The position numbers and the translations under genes were made by a program. Of a stretch of 64,000 bases of DNA, positions 9,120 through 18,545 are shown in pieces (position 1 is the stretch's first letter; each line of letters begins with the position of its first letter). This DNA is from Arenicellales bacterium (GTDB taxonomy: Bacteria > Pseudomonadota > Gammaproteobacteria > Arenicellales > JAJDZL01). The stretch lies in contig OZ241837.1 in the NCBI GenBank assembly GCA_965202615.1, forward strand, positions 3,343,156 through 3,407,155. Reading direction: 5' to 3'. The notes under the pieces are model-generated. The model was not told the origin of the DNA and did no database searches. It was given only the letters and a program-made list of their open reading frames with translations.

Positions 9120-9863
9120 TCAACTGCTGTCGTCTACTTCTGCCCCTGCACCGCTACGTCTGGAAAGTTCGCTATTAGGCACAAATGATTCAACTGCTTT
9201 CTGTTTTAGCGTCAAAAAACTGCCTTCGTCAACTTCGATCCGATTGGACCCAAATTCAGATTTCTCCTCAGTCCGAAACTTAAGATCTAATCCGGAAGAT
9301 TCGACATCGGATTTACCACTCAACTCACCAGAACCTGAGCAGGTCACTACACCAATTTTCATTAATTGGATATCACATGCATTTTCCAAGTCGTAATTGG
9401 ACCAAAGCTGACCGTTTTCTACAATTGTTCGGAAGTCCGACAGAACAATTTCAAACCTCACATTACCGAGTGACCGTTGCAGCGTAATTGGTAACAGGAA
9501 CGCGGCGTTTCTCATGTTTCGAATTGTCACTTGAATTGGGCGACTCTGGTGCACAGCGGAGGCACCAAGAATATCTGCGACTTCGGTCAGAAGCAAGTGC
9601 TCAATCGAAGGATTGATGGTTATTTCAAATTCAGCAGAAGAAGACCAGCGAAATGATTCGTCCGTATCGGTGCTGTAACGCAGGGAGGGTAAGCTTTCTG
9701 CAAGTTGACTCAGCGGTACAATCCCCATTGACGCCAACCACACGGTTGCATTGGCAATTTCGGTATCTGAACCGGCAGGAAAACCGAGTGCCGTAAACAC
9801 TCGTTTGCACAGCGTGCGAGACTCACTGATCGACAGCTGGATCAAGAATCTACCAGACTGCAA
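9120..9863 (-). CDS. Hypothetical protein, 247 aa (no family recognised)
   Basis: Long ORF 6 nt downstream of the 575-aa ORF. Its C-terminal 55 codons recur as a diverged fragment at 7515-7697. Confidence 0.6.
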   Translation of the reverse strand: MQSGRFLIQLSISESRTLCKRVFTALGFPAGSDTEIANATVWLASMGIVPLSQLAESLPSLRYSTDTDESFRWSSSAEFEITINPSIEHLLLTEVADILGASAVHQSRPIQVTIRNMRNAAFLLPITLQRSLGNVRFEIVLSDFRTIVENGQLWSNYDLENACDIQLMKIGVVTCSGSGELSGKSDVESSGLDLKFRTEEKSEFGSNRIEVDEGSFLTLKQKAVESFVPNSELSRRSGAGAEVDDSS

Positions 9864-9869
9864 TGCGGT

Positions 9870-11597
9870 TCATTGGGAATTGATCTGAACCACAGGAAAC
9901 GCCCAGTCATCAGCTGTATCGGCGGTGATTTCATCGTACAGAGGTGCACCCTGAAATAGTGTTATCCGAGTCCAAAGATTAGATTTCGGGTCAAATCTCG
10001 TAGCTCCGAATAACGCGAGTTTGCATCGGAGCAAATCAATGGGCTCGCATTCCTTCCCAAGTAAATTGTCCTGAATTTCTCCGTATTCAAAATTCTCTAA
10101 AGACTGAACCCGCGAAACCGCGTTGCGATGCTGAGGAAACTGACAAAGCAGATCAGCGACTGATGCCATCCTGGATGAATTCTCAAGAGTGCAAACCGTG
10201 TCATATAACGCGCTTACATCTCGTCCAATCCCAACCCGCATTTCAAGCTCCCCGCCGGGCTCACTGTGGCGTCGACCCAATCTGGGCTCCTCCTTTTCCT
10301 GGGAAACATACCAGAAGTAAAACTGGGAATCGGGCTCGTCGTAATCCACTGACAATGCCCACTTGTATCGTTGCTCAATTTGGGTGCGAAGCTCCAAAAT
10401 TTCCATGGCCGGATTCAGTCGAAAAAATTCATCCACCCCCATCAAATGTTCCAGTTCATTGACTTCGTCCGGATAGATTTCAAGAATCAGGCTATTCAAC
10501 AACTCTTGAAACTCGAAACTGGCATTTGAATTTGCCCAGTGGCTTAGATAAGCCCAAGGTGACTCAATATCATTCAGTTGTGGAATTAATTGTGTTAACT
10601 GTTTCAATTCATTACGCAAATTAACGAGCCGATCTGCCTGTCGTTCGTCATCGGTAATCCACTGCTGCAAATGTGCTCTAACGCGTTCAACCAGTTCAGC
10701 GAATCTTTCAAATTTGTGATCGGGCACCTCGCACTTCGACTTTGTCATGCTGATCGCTGTTTCTCTCACTTTCATCCACTGCCCTATCAGTTGTGGATGT
10801 CCCACCAAAAACGGTGCCATCCCCAAGCCGGTAGCATTTCCTACGCCGATTGACCTTTTCAGTTCTTTTGATAAACTTACTGCCTTTTGGGGGTTTCGCT
10901 GTCTGGCGACGTGTTCAACAAGATCGATGCTGAATTGTCTGGCCATGTAAACAGTCAGCATTTCAGCCTGAAAAGGCAAACTGAATGGGCTGTATTCTTT
11001 GACCTGATCAAAATCCATAGCGCCAAATTTACCGTTCCCATAGACTGCGGTCGTACGAACCAGGTATCCGATTTTCATAATGTCTCGTGCATCCGGCTGG
11101 CGTCCTTTAGCTAGCTGATTCACCACCGAATTGAACAAGCGTACACTCTTGTTCGCCCTGCTCATAACTATCTCGCGCTCGGTCAGTCGCCCTGCTTCCT
11201 GTAACGGCAATTCGACACTGAGACGTTCGACATCCGTGTCAGTGACCATGCCGTTGAACAATGTAAAGCACATGTCCCACTTTTCGGCAATCACGCGATC
11301 AGTTCGGTCGGAATCATCGATCTGTGTGGCGAATGCGACAAAACTAACGGGACCCTTGGGCGTCTGAATCAAGTAAACAAGACTTCCGTATCCTTCAACG
11401 TCCAGCGTGTTGCGAATGACCTCGAAGCGCCAGTTCTCGCGATGCATGCGTCGAACCAGTGTTCTAGTGAAACTAAGACGACTCGAGTGAAATGAACCAA
11501 GCCGTTCCAGCCGCATGACCGTTTCCGGTGGACGAAGCGGCAGACTCAATGATTCCTCGAGAGGTTTCAAGTCTCCATTGAGCGCAGGTGACAACAT
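9870..11597 (-). CDS. Hypothetical protein, 575 aa (no family recognised, apparently soluble)
   Basis: Uninterrupted 1.7-kb ORF whose start overlaps the dipeptidase stop by 1 nt (TAATG). I found no TM segments, signal peptide or cofactor motif. Confidence 0.7.
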   Translation of the reverse strand: MLSPALNGDLKPLEESLSLPLRPPETVMRLERLGSFHSSRLSFTRTLVRRMHRENWRFEVIRNTLDVEGYGSLVYLIQTPKGPVSFVAFATQIDDSDRTDRVIAEKWDMCFTLFNGMVTDTDVERLSVELPLQEAGRLTEREIVMSRANKSVRLFNSVVNQLAKGRQPDARDIMKIGYLVRTTAVYGNGKFGAMDFDQVKEYSPFSLPFQAEMLTVYMARQFSIDLVEHVARQRNPQKAVSLSKELKRSIGVGNATGLGMAPFLVGHPQLIGQWMKVRETAISMTKSKCEVPDHKFERFAELVERVRAHLQQWITDDERQADRLVNLRNELKQLTQLIPQLNDIESPWAYLSHWANSNASFEFQELLNSLILEIYPDEVNELEHLMGVDEFFRLNPAMEILELRTQIEQRYKWALSVDYDEPDSQFYFWYVSQEKEEPRLGRRHSEPGGELEMRVGIGRDVSALYDTVCTLENSSRMASVADLLCQFPQHRNAVSRVQSLENFEYGEIQDNLLGKECEPIDLLRCKLALFGATRFDPKSNLWTRITLFQGAPLYDEITADTADDWAFPVVQINSQ

Positions 11598-12577
11598 TAC
11601 TGGCTGCGTAGCCCTTCGGTGAAAAATCGTAGCCAGTTTCCACCCATTATCGACCTGATTTCGTCGTTAGAAAACCCTGCCTTACCCAGACCATCGGCAA
11701 CATTTTGCAGGTCTTGCGGTTTTTTGAACCATTCGGGATAATTCGGCCATTTGGCCGGAGCTTGATCCTCAAGCCGATCATCCCAGGCACCGCCTCGCAT
11801 GTACTCCAGATAATCGTCTCCCCAGCCAAGGCACAAGTCTGTTCCCATTCCAAGATGCTCGACACCGATCAGATCTGCAGTCTTGCAGACCATCTCGCAA
11901 AATTCATCCAATTTGCAGTCGCTTCCATTTGCAAGATGTAACGGATAAAGACTGAAGCCAAGCATGCCGCCGCTGCGGCCAAGCTCAATCAATAAATCAT
12001 CGGTCTTGTTTCGGGCCACATCGCGAAATGTAATCGGGTTGGCGTGAGTGATTGCGATGGGTCGGTCAGAGTGTTCAATTGCCTCAAAACAGGTCCGCTC
12101 TGAGGTGTGCGATACATCAACGATCATACCGAGACGATTCATTTCTCGAATCGCAATTCGACCGAAAATTGTGAGCCCTGCATCATCCTTTTCGTAGCAT
12201 CCCGCACCCAACAAATTCTGGTTGTTGTACGTCAGTTGCATAATACGCACACCCAACTGATGAAAGATTTCGATCAAGGCAACATTGTCTTCAATCGGCG
12301 AGGAGTTTTGAAAACCGAAAATAATGCCCGTACGTTTGGTTTTGTGCGCGGTTTCAATATCGCCCACCTCGCGAACCGGCATGATCAGGTCACTATATTG
12401 CTCAAACCAACGGTTCCATTTACCTATCTGGTCCAACGTTTCCTGGCAGTCATGCCAATAGGCAAGCGTAACGTGGACCGCATCGAAACCCGCTTCAGCC
12501 AATGACTGAAAGTGTGCCTTCGACCAGTTCGATGCCTGCAGCGCATCGATAACGGGAAAGTCTTTCTTGATTTTCAT
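11597..12577 (-). CDS. Membrane (renal)-type dipeptidase, peptidase family M19
   Basis: 326 aa with family-typical metal-ligand regions (DAVHVTLAYW, QLTYNNQN, MIVDVSHTSERT, IAITHANP, LGMGTD). Confidence 0.85.
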   Translation of the reverse strand: MKIKKDFPVIDALQASNWSKAHFQSLAEAGFDAVHVTLAYWHDCQETLDQIGKWNRWFEQYSDLIMPVREVGDIETAHKTKRTGIIFGFQNSSPIEDNVALIEIFHQLGVRIMQLTYNNQNLLGAGCYEKDDAGLTIFGRIAIREMNRLGMIVDVSHTSERTCFEAIEHSDRPIAITHANPITFRDVARNKTDDLLIELGRSGGMLGFSLYPLHLANGSDCKLDEFCEMVCKTADLIGVEHLGMGTDLCLGWGDDYLEYMRGGAWDDRLEDQAPAKWPNYPEWFKKPQDLQNVADGLGKAGFSNDEIRSIMGGNWLRFFTEGLRSQ

Positions 12578-12882
12578 CGCTCAGTTTTTTGTTGAATGAA
12601 TCGATTCTCGCACGAATAGAAATTCGTAATTGTGTTTGCAATTTTCGAATTTCATTATTTTATTCACTACCAAACCAACTTTGAGGCGGCTTGAACAAAG
12701 ATCACCCGGTCAATCGCTGCTGCAAAGCAGTATTTGCTGCATCAAAATATGCGTTATTCAACCGACGCACAGACAACATAAAACATAATAGGTAAAGCTT
12801 TCACACCCGCTATCGCACTCGATTGCAAGTGGATTTTATTCCTAGAACTTCGTACTTTTCGACAACAGGTTTCTCGATAAAA

Positions 12883-14313
12883 ATGAATGAACTGATTGCT
12901 CGTTCCGCAACTGAAATCGTGCATCTGCTCAGAGAACGGGCGATTTCTCCTGTTGACGTTGTCAAAGCCTGTGCCGAGCGCATTCAACAGGTTGATGAAA
13001 AAATTAATGCCATGCCAACGCTTTGTATCGAACAGGCTATCGAAAAAGCTGAAGCGCTGGAACGCCAAAATCCGATGGGACAGCCACACGTTCCGACCTG
13101 GCTTGGCGGGCTGCCGATATCAGTCAAGGATTTAACCGAAACAGCGGGGGTACGCACGACATTTGGTTCACCGATCTACCGCGATTATGTCCCCACGAAA
13201 TCCGACATTATGGTAAAGCAACTGGAGTTTCGGGGTGCGATCGTGATGGGCAAGTCCAACACGCCGGAATTCGGTGCTGGCGCCAGTACATTCAATGAAG
13301 TATTCGGCATAACCCGAAATCCGTGGGACACCAGCAAGTCGGTTGCTGGATCTTCCGGCGGTGCCTGCGCATCAGTGGCGACCGGTGAGGTTTGGCTTGC
13401 TACAGGATCTGATCTTGGCGGCAGCTTGAGGACACCGGCGAGCTTTAACTCCGTGGTTGGCTTAAGACCGAGTCCAGGGCGAGTTCCCATGAACCGAACA
13501 TTCGAACCATTTGGTACGCAGTATGTCCAAGGACCGATCGCTCGCAGTTGTCAGGATGCCGCACTGTTTCTGGATGCGATGGCCGGTTTTCATCCGTCGG
13601 ATCCGCTCAGCTATCCGGCTCCCAAGAAACCTTATATGGACTATATCGAGAATCCAGTCAAACCCCGACGAATTGGATATTCACGTGATCTTGGAATTAC
13701 AGTGATCGATCCGGAAGTCGATAGAATCTGTAAGGATGCAGTTGAGAAATTTGAAAAAATTGGGGTGCCGATTGACGAAGCATGCTCCGACTTCAGCGGT
13801 TCGATCGAGAGTTTCGATGTCTTGCGCGGTGCTTCCTTTGTCACAAATTTAATCGGCGAATACGAAAAACACGAACCCCTGCTCAAACCGGAAGTCGTTT
13901 GGAACATTGAAAAGGGATTGCAACGGACTGCAGACGAAGTTGGACGAGCGCAGCGAACTCGGGCTCGGATCTTCAATTCACTCATTAAATTTTTTGACAG
14001 ATTTGATCTATTGATTTGTCCCTGTGCAATTGTGCCGCCGTTCGAGGCCGATCAGCGATTCGTCGAATCCTTGGGGAACCATACGTTTGACACCTACTAT
14101 GAGTGGATCGCCATAACATTCGCATTGACTCTGACTGGTTGTCCCGTATTGGCTGTCCCTGCCGGATTTACTGTTGAAGGGTTGCCTGTCGGTCTGCAGA
14201 TTGTTGGACCGCCAAAGGCGGAAGGCCTCGTACTGTCGGCCGGTCATCTGCTTGAACAACTGACCGAAATACCCAAACTCTTGCCCATTGACCCAAACGT
14301 CACACACAGCTAG
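12883..14313 (+). CDS. Amidase-signature (AS) family amidase
   Basis: GGSSGG-type signature region VAGSSGGACASVATGEVWLATGSDLGGSLRTPASFN and the ISVKD catalytic Lys region. ATG at 12883 is preferred over 12823. Confidence 0.85.
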   Translation: MNELIARSATEIVHLLRERAISPVDVVKACAERIQQVDEKINAMPTLCIEQAIEKAEALERQNPMGQPHVPTWLGGLPISVKDLTETAGVRTTFGSPIYRDYVPTKSDIMVKQLEFRGAIVMGKSNTPEFGAGASTFNEVFGITRNPWDTSKSVAGSSGGACASVATGEVWLATGSDLGGSLRTPASFNSVVGLRPSPGRVPMNRTFEPFGTQYVQGPIARSCQDAALFLDAMAGFHPSDPLSYPAPKKPYMDYIENPVKPRRIGYSRDLGITVIDPEVDRICKDAVEKFEKIGVPIDEACSDFSGSIESFDVLRGASFVTNLIGEYEKHEPLLKPEVVWNIEKGLQRTADEVGRAQRTRARIFNSLIKFFDRFDLLICPCAIVPPFEADQRFVESLGNHTFDTYYEWIAITFALTLTGCPVLAVPAGFTVEGLPVGLQIVGPPKAEGLVLSAGHLLEQLTEIPKLLPIDPNVTHS

Positions 14314-14449
14314 AAAGTTTCGGTCATCACAAATCAGTTGAACACTTCGTCAATTGCGAAGTGCTGTCGCTTTTTCGACTTCGTAATCGATTTGCAAAGA
14401 GTGTCAAGCAACTAATCGCTTCAGAGCGAATTGAAGAGGTTCGTAGGAC

Positions 14450-15844
14450 TTATCCTGGCGCAGAATTAACATAGGACAGGCTCGCCTCTGCTGCTTCAAT
14501 CCCACTTTTTATGGCTCCATTCAGCGAGGGTAAGCGAGTGTAGTCACCCGCGAGGTACAAGCCGCGTATGCGTGTGCGCCATTGCATACCCAAGTCATGC
14601 ATATCCTTGAGCAACCCTCCAGGTGAAAGACACAAGGCTTCCGGCCAGCGGTAAACCCTCGAAAACAAGGGATGTTTCGGCATCGATGGAAAAAACCGAC
14701 ACATCTCCTCAATCACCTGACGCACGACTTCATCATCGTTCAAGGAAAAAAACGTTCTGGCAGGTTCGCCTATGACCATTGCGTGAACGAGCGACTTTCC
14801 TGCAGGCGCTGCGTCCGGGGTGTTCGCCACCAGATTGGTAACCATGGTCAAAAAGCTCGGCGCTTCGGGAGGAAATAGCGCAGCGTGAGAGCCTTCGGCC
14901 AGAATATTGTCTTCCAGTCCAAAGGCGATATTGCAACACGAACTGTAACTGACACGCTCTAGCACATTGCGAAATTCCTGCGGCAATTCAGATATGATAT
15001 TTGCAGCTGCCGATGCGGTAGTGGCGCAAATCACTGCATCTGCCTTGATCTCTTCTCCATCAGACGTGAGGACGCCTCTCGCCACTCCGTCTTCCAGTAT
15101 GATTCGTTCGACCGGAGTGGAAACGCGGGTAACACTCGCGCAAGTATCGATAAGGGCCTTGACAAGGGCGCTGATTCCTTGCCGGGGCAGATAATTTCGG
15201 GAAACCGGGTTAAACGTCCAGAGCCACAGCAACGCCATACCAAAGGCGGCGCCTACCTGTTCGGAACTCCCTGCAGTGAAGCAGTTCAGGTCTAGTTCGC
15301 CAGCCTGTCTGAGGTATCGACTGAAAGAGTTGGCGCGGGCGAATTCGGCGAAGCTTTCCCCTGTATCCAGTTCCAGCATGCGAGTATGATCTTCGAAATC
15401 CAGGTCTCCGGAGTGCTTCTTGAGCGTTGAAAACAAACGGATGAATTCCAAGTTGCCCGCCAGCGTGTGCTGCGGCGAAAAGAACATGGTGCGCAAAGTT
15501 TCCATCCGCTGCTTCATCGAACCGCCCACGTACATGCTCCAAAATCGGTCGCCTGCGTAACTTTGCCCGCCTTTCTCCCTGGGGCCGCGCAGCAACTCGA
15601 CATTCAGCTGCTGCGCCAAATCTCTGGTAGTTGTAAAAGACTCGTGGATGACGCTTGCGCCGCCATAGACATGGAAGCCGTCTATCTGTTCGCAGAACAT
15701 ACGTCCGCCAATCCGGTCGGACGCCTCCAGCACCTGAACTCGACAGTTGCTATCCTTGTGGCGGCTCGCGAGAGTCCAAGCTGCAGCCAGACCAGCCGCC
15801 CCCGCTCCCACTACGACAATCTCCGATCCCTTCGTCGTCGCCAT
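14450..15844 (-). CDS. FAD-dependent oxidoreductase of the amine-oxidase / protoporphyrinogen-oxidase / phytoene-desaturase superfamily
   Basis: Dinucleotide fold IVVVGAGAAGLAAAWTLA...VLEASDRIGGR and a C-terminal LYLAGDYT...NGAIKSGIEAA motif. The start at MATTKGSE (15844) is preferred. Confidence 0.8.
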   Translation of the reverse strand: MATTKGSEIVVVGAGAAGLAAAWTLASRHKDSNCRVQVLEASDRIGGRMFCEQIDGFHVYGGASVIHESFTTTRDLAQQLNVELLRGPREKGGQSYAGDRFWSMYVGGSMKQRMETLRTMFFSPQHTLAGNLEFIRLFSTLKKHSGDLDFEDHTRMLELDTGESFAEFARANSFSRYLRQAGELDLNCFTAGSSEQVGAAFGMALLWLWTFNPVSRNYLPRQGISALVKALIDTCASVTRVSTPVERIILEDGVARGVLTSDGEEIKADAVICATTASAAANIISELPQEFRNVLERVSYSSCCNIAFGLEDNILAEGSHAALFPPEAPSFLTMVTNLVANTPDAAPAGKSLVHAMVIGEPARTFFSLNDDEVVRQVIEEMCRFFPSMPKHPLFSRVYRWPEALCLSPGGLLKDMHDLGMQWRTRIRGLYLAGDYTRLPSLNGAIKSGIEAAEASLSYVNSAPG

Positions 15845-15979
15845 ACAGCACCGTAGAAAAATCCATTTCTCCACTACGAATTTTATCGTCTTTGCACCTG
15901 TCACAGGTGGGTCGCCAAGGACCATGGTAAATGACTGAAGATTCAGGCACTGACCAATCAATCCGAAGGATTCACACCG

Positions 15980-17077
15980 TCAGGTCTCCTTGGTCACAAC
16001 CATATAAGTGTGAACATAGTCCATTGCATGGCGCTCCGGTTCGCTTCTGACCAAGTGGTTGTAGTTCTGATAAAAAGTGTCGACAATATCCCGTCGTTCA
16101 TTCAGGGGTCTGGAGTTGTCCAGCCCACCGAAAAATACAGTTTCGCTCCACGACCTTAACGTGGGGACATAAGCATCTGCGAAAGCGATTGGGTCGCCAA
16201 CGCGATCGAACTCTGCCCGGTAGGGGCATTTCGTAACACCGGTGTAAGCCTTTTCAAGGCGCAATCCCGCAACCCTGACCCTGCTTTCGGGATCGTCAAA
16301 TGGCGCACAGAATTGTTCTTTGGTCTTGTAAAACTGCGGGAATGCGGTCGCCTGGTATTCCGTCTCGGAAATCACGCCGGATGCGGCTAGATCCCGCCAC
16401 AAGCGGTTGAATGTATCGAACATATTTGCACCGCCGGTATTACCCAGATACCTGCCCTTTTCGTCGATGCAAAAATTGGCCATCACCAGAATACCACCTG
16501 GAACGAGTTCCCTTGCGCGGTGCAGAAGAATAGTCTCCCAATCATTTTGAGCATAGTCTCGAAACACCTGCCATTCACGCCCCTTTGCGCCAACTGCGTG
16601 GACGTGATCAGTAATCGTACCGGGAAGTCCGCTCAGCCAGTGCATTGCCGTGGCGGAAAAACCAACATCCACGCTTGCGCCAGCAACAATTTGATTGTAG
16701 AACGACGTGCCGGCACTCAAGACATAGACATTGGCGAACGCTCGCGCATAGGTCATCTCTTCGGGCGACGGTGCATGAATCATTCGGAACAGCGATGAAA
16801 AGTCGTTATGCGGCAAATCCGTATAGGTCACCGATATTTCCTGTTCTGTTGATCGTTGACGAACTGCCCGGACGATATTGGTGACCAAGTCCAACGATGT
16901 CCCGCCGTCAGCGGCTCCGTAGTCGATAATGGAAAATGGACGCTGGTCTCCCGGCAATTGAATTCGCGACAGCTTTGGCAACAGGTTTTCGCCTGCGCGG
17001 TTAATGACGTGCTTCGCACCCTGCGTATTCCTGGAATAATACCCTCCACCTTTCATCGATATGGAAGACTGGGACAT
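15980..17077 (-). CDS. SABATH-type (Methyltransf_7) SAM-dependent carboxyl methyltransferase-like protein
   Basis: MKGGGYYSRNTQGAKH (compare plant M.GG.G..SY..NS..Q), IIDYGAADGGTS, YTDLPHNDFSSLF and GTSFYNQ...SATAMHWLSGLPG all parallel the plant salicylate/IAA methyltransferase motifs. Confidence 0.75.
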   Translation of the reverse strand: MSQSSISMKGGGYYSRNTQGAKHVINRAGENLLPKLSRIQLPGDQRPFSIIDYGAADGGTSLDLVTNIVRAVRQRSTEQEISVTYTDLPHNDFSSLFRMIHAPSPEEMTYARAFANVYVLSAGTSFYNQIVAGASVDVGFSATAMHWLSGLPGTITDHVHAVGAKGREWQVFRDYAQNDWETILLHRARELVPGGILVMANFCIDEKGRYLGNTGGANMFDTFNRLWRDLAASGVISETEYQATAFPQFYKTKEQFCAPFDDPESRVRVAGLRLEKAYTGVTKCPYRAEFDRVGDPIAFADAYVPTLRSWSETVFFGGLDNSRPLNERRDIVDTFYQNYNHLVRSEPERHAMDYVHTYMVVTKET

Positions 17078-17451
17078 TATCGATACCTCATTCTAGCATT
17101 CAATCTGACTGAAACCAACATCTATCTTATTGATATTGCGTCATTACCTAGGTGTCTGCAAATCTTGCCTTTATACCATATTGCAATTTTTCAATCCTAT
17201 GGACAAGTTTAGTGCTGATTCAGATATTTGTACCCGGATAATTCTGTCAAATCAAATTCACGGCTACATGTTGTGTCTGATGAGTTTTGCATTTGAGGGC
17301 ATCCAACCTCCGATCTTGACCGGTCATTGCTTTTTGACTGATTGATTGTCGAAACAACACTTTGTCAATTGATAAAATCTCTACTGGAATGACAAACAGG
17401 ATGTAAATTATTCTATTCACTACATAGGCTGCCCATCGCAAAAAACCATAA

Positions 17452-17931
17452 ATGAAATTTGTTTTCTCACCCATTGTGTTTCTCTGCCTGTTTTGGCTGG
17501 CGCTATCAGGGCACTATACAACACTGCTGCTTGTACTCGGGGCAGCCTGCTGTATCTGGATCCAACTGGTCTCCAGGCGAATGGATATCATTGATCACGA
17601 GGGATATCCAATACACCTGGTACCTTGGCGAATTGTTCTGTACTGGATTTGGCTGATCAAAGAAATCATCGTATCGACTTGGGTCGTCACCCGGATGATT
17701 CTTTCTCCGCGAATGAACATAAGCCCCAAGGTCAAGCGAATTTCTGCCCAAGAGATGAACGAAATGGAAAAAACCATTTATGCGAATTCAATCACGCTCA
17801 CGCCAGGAACTCTGACGCTTGAAGTCGAGAATGATGAACTTGAAATCCATACTCTGCGCAGCGATATGCTCGAATCGCTTGAGCGCGGTGATATGGCAAA
17901 CCGCATCCGAGTGATGGAAACCAAGCCCTAA
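17452..17931 (+). CDS. mrpE: Mrp/Mnh cation:proton antiporter subunit E
   Basis: 159 aa with the family motif ANSITLTPGTL. It is the first gene of the E-F-G-B-B-C-D series. Confidence 0.8.
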   Translation: MKFVFSPIVFLCLFWLALSGHYTTLLLVLGAACCIWIQLVSRRMDIIDHEGYPIHLVPWRIVLYWIWLIKEIIVSTWVVTRMILSPRMNISPKVKRISAQEMNEMEKTIYANSITLTPGTLTLEVENDELEIHTLRSDMLESLERGDMANRIRVMETKP

Positions 17932-17937
17932 CGGTCA

Positions 17938-18231
17938 ATGACGATGATTTCTGCGGCATTAATTGCGGTTCTGGTTGGCATGGCCTTGTTATTGATTCGG
18001 GCATTTGCCGGTCCGACAATCTACGATCGGATTCTTGCCGTCAATAATTTTGGAACCAAAACCGTTCTTGTCATTGCACTTTACGGATTCGCCACGGGGC
18101 GACCGGATTTTCTGGATATTGCCATTGTTTATGCATTGTGCAATTTCATTGCGACAATGGCAATTCTCAAATACTTTGAATACGGCGACATCAATCACGC
18201 CGGCAGGCAACCAGAGGACGAAATCCTGTGA
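17938..18231 (+). CDS. mrpF: Mrp/Mnh antiporter subunit F
   Basis: 97-aa three-TM protein with GPTIYDRILAVN, which is typical of MrpF/PhaF. Confidence 0.8.
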   Translation: MTMISAALIAVLVGMALLLIRAFAGPTIYDRILAVNNFGTKTVLVIALYGFATGRPDFLDIAIVYALCNFIATMAILKYFEYGDINHAGRQPEDEIL

Positions 18232-18545
18232 TCGAGCAAGTTCTGACTATCGCTCGCGACGTATTTTTGGTCGCAGGTTCATTGGCAGTTCTCATTGGTG
18301 CAATCGGTGTGCTGCGGTTCCCGGATTTGTTCTCTAGAATCCATGCGGCCGGCATTACCGATACGGCAGGGGCCGGATTGATCGTGCTGGGACTGCTTAT
18401 TGAATCGGGTTTCACGCTGGTGTCCCTGAAACTGCTTGTCATTTTGCTTTTTCTGCTGTTTACCAGTCCGACGTCGTCTCACGCCCTGGCGAAAGCATCC
18501 ATCCATGGCAATGTGCTGCCTCTCACCGGACCCAAACAACAATGA
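18228..18545 (+). CDS. mrpG: Mrp/Mnh antiporter subunit G
   Basis: 105 aa with LRFPDLFSRIHAAGITDT and SPTSSHALAKA motifs. It overlaps both neighbours by 4 nt. Confidence 0.85.
   Translation: MIEQVLTIARDVFLVAGSLAVLIGAIGVLRFPDLFSRIHAAGITDTAGAGLIVLGLLIESGFTLVSLKLLVILLFLLFTSPTSSHALAKASIHGNVLPLTGPKQQ

Noticed and set aside
7515-9863. Shufflon-like or phase-variable C-terminal swapping of the 247-aa protein by the adjacent recombinase
   Set aside because: The partial copies are in direct, not inverted, orientation, and I saw no short inverted crossover repeats. Both recombinase copies look truncated or degenerate. Erosion of tandem or related elements explains the pattern more simply.
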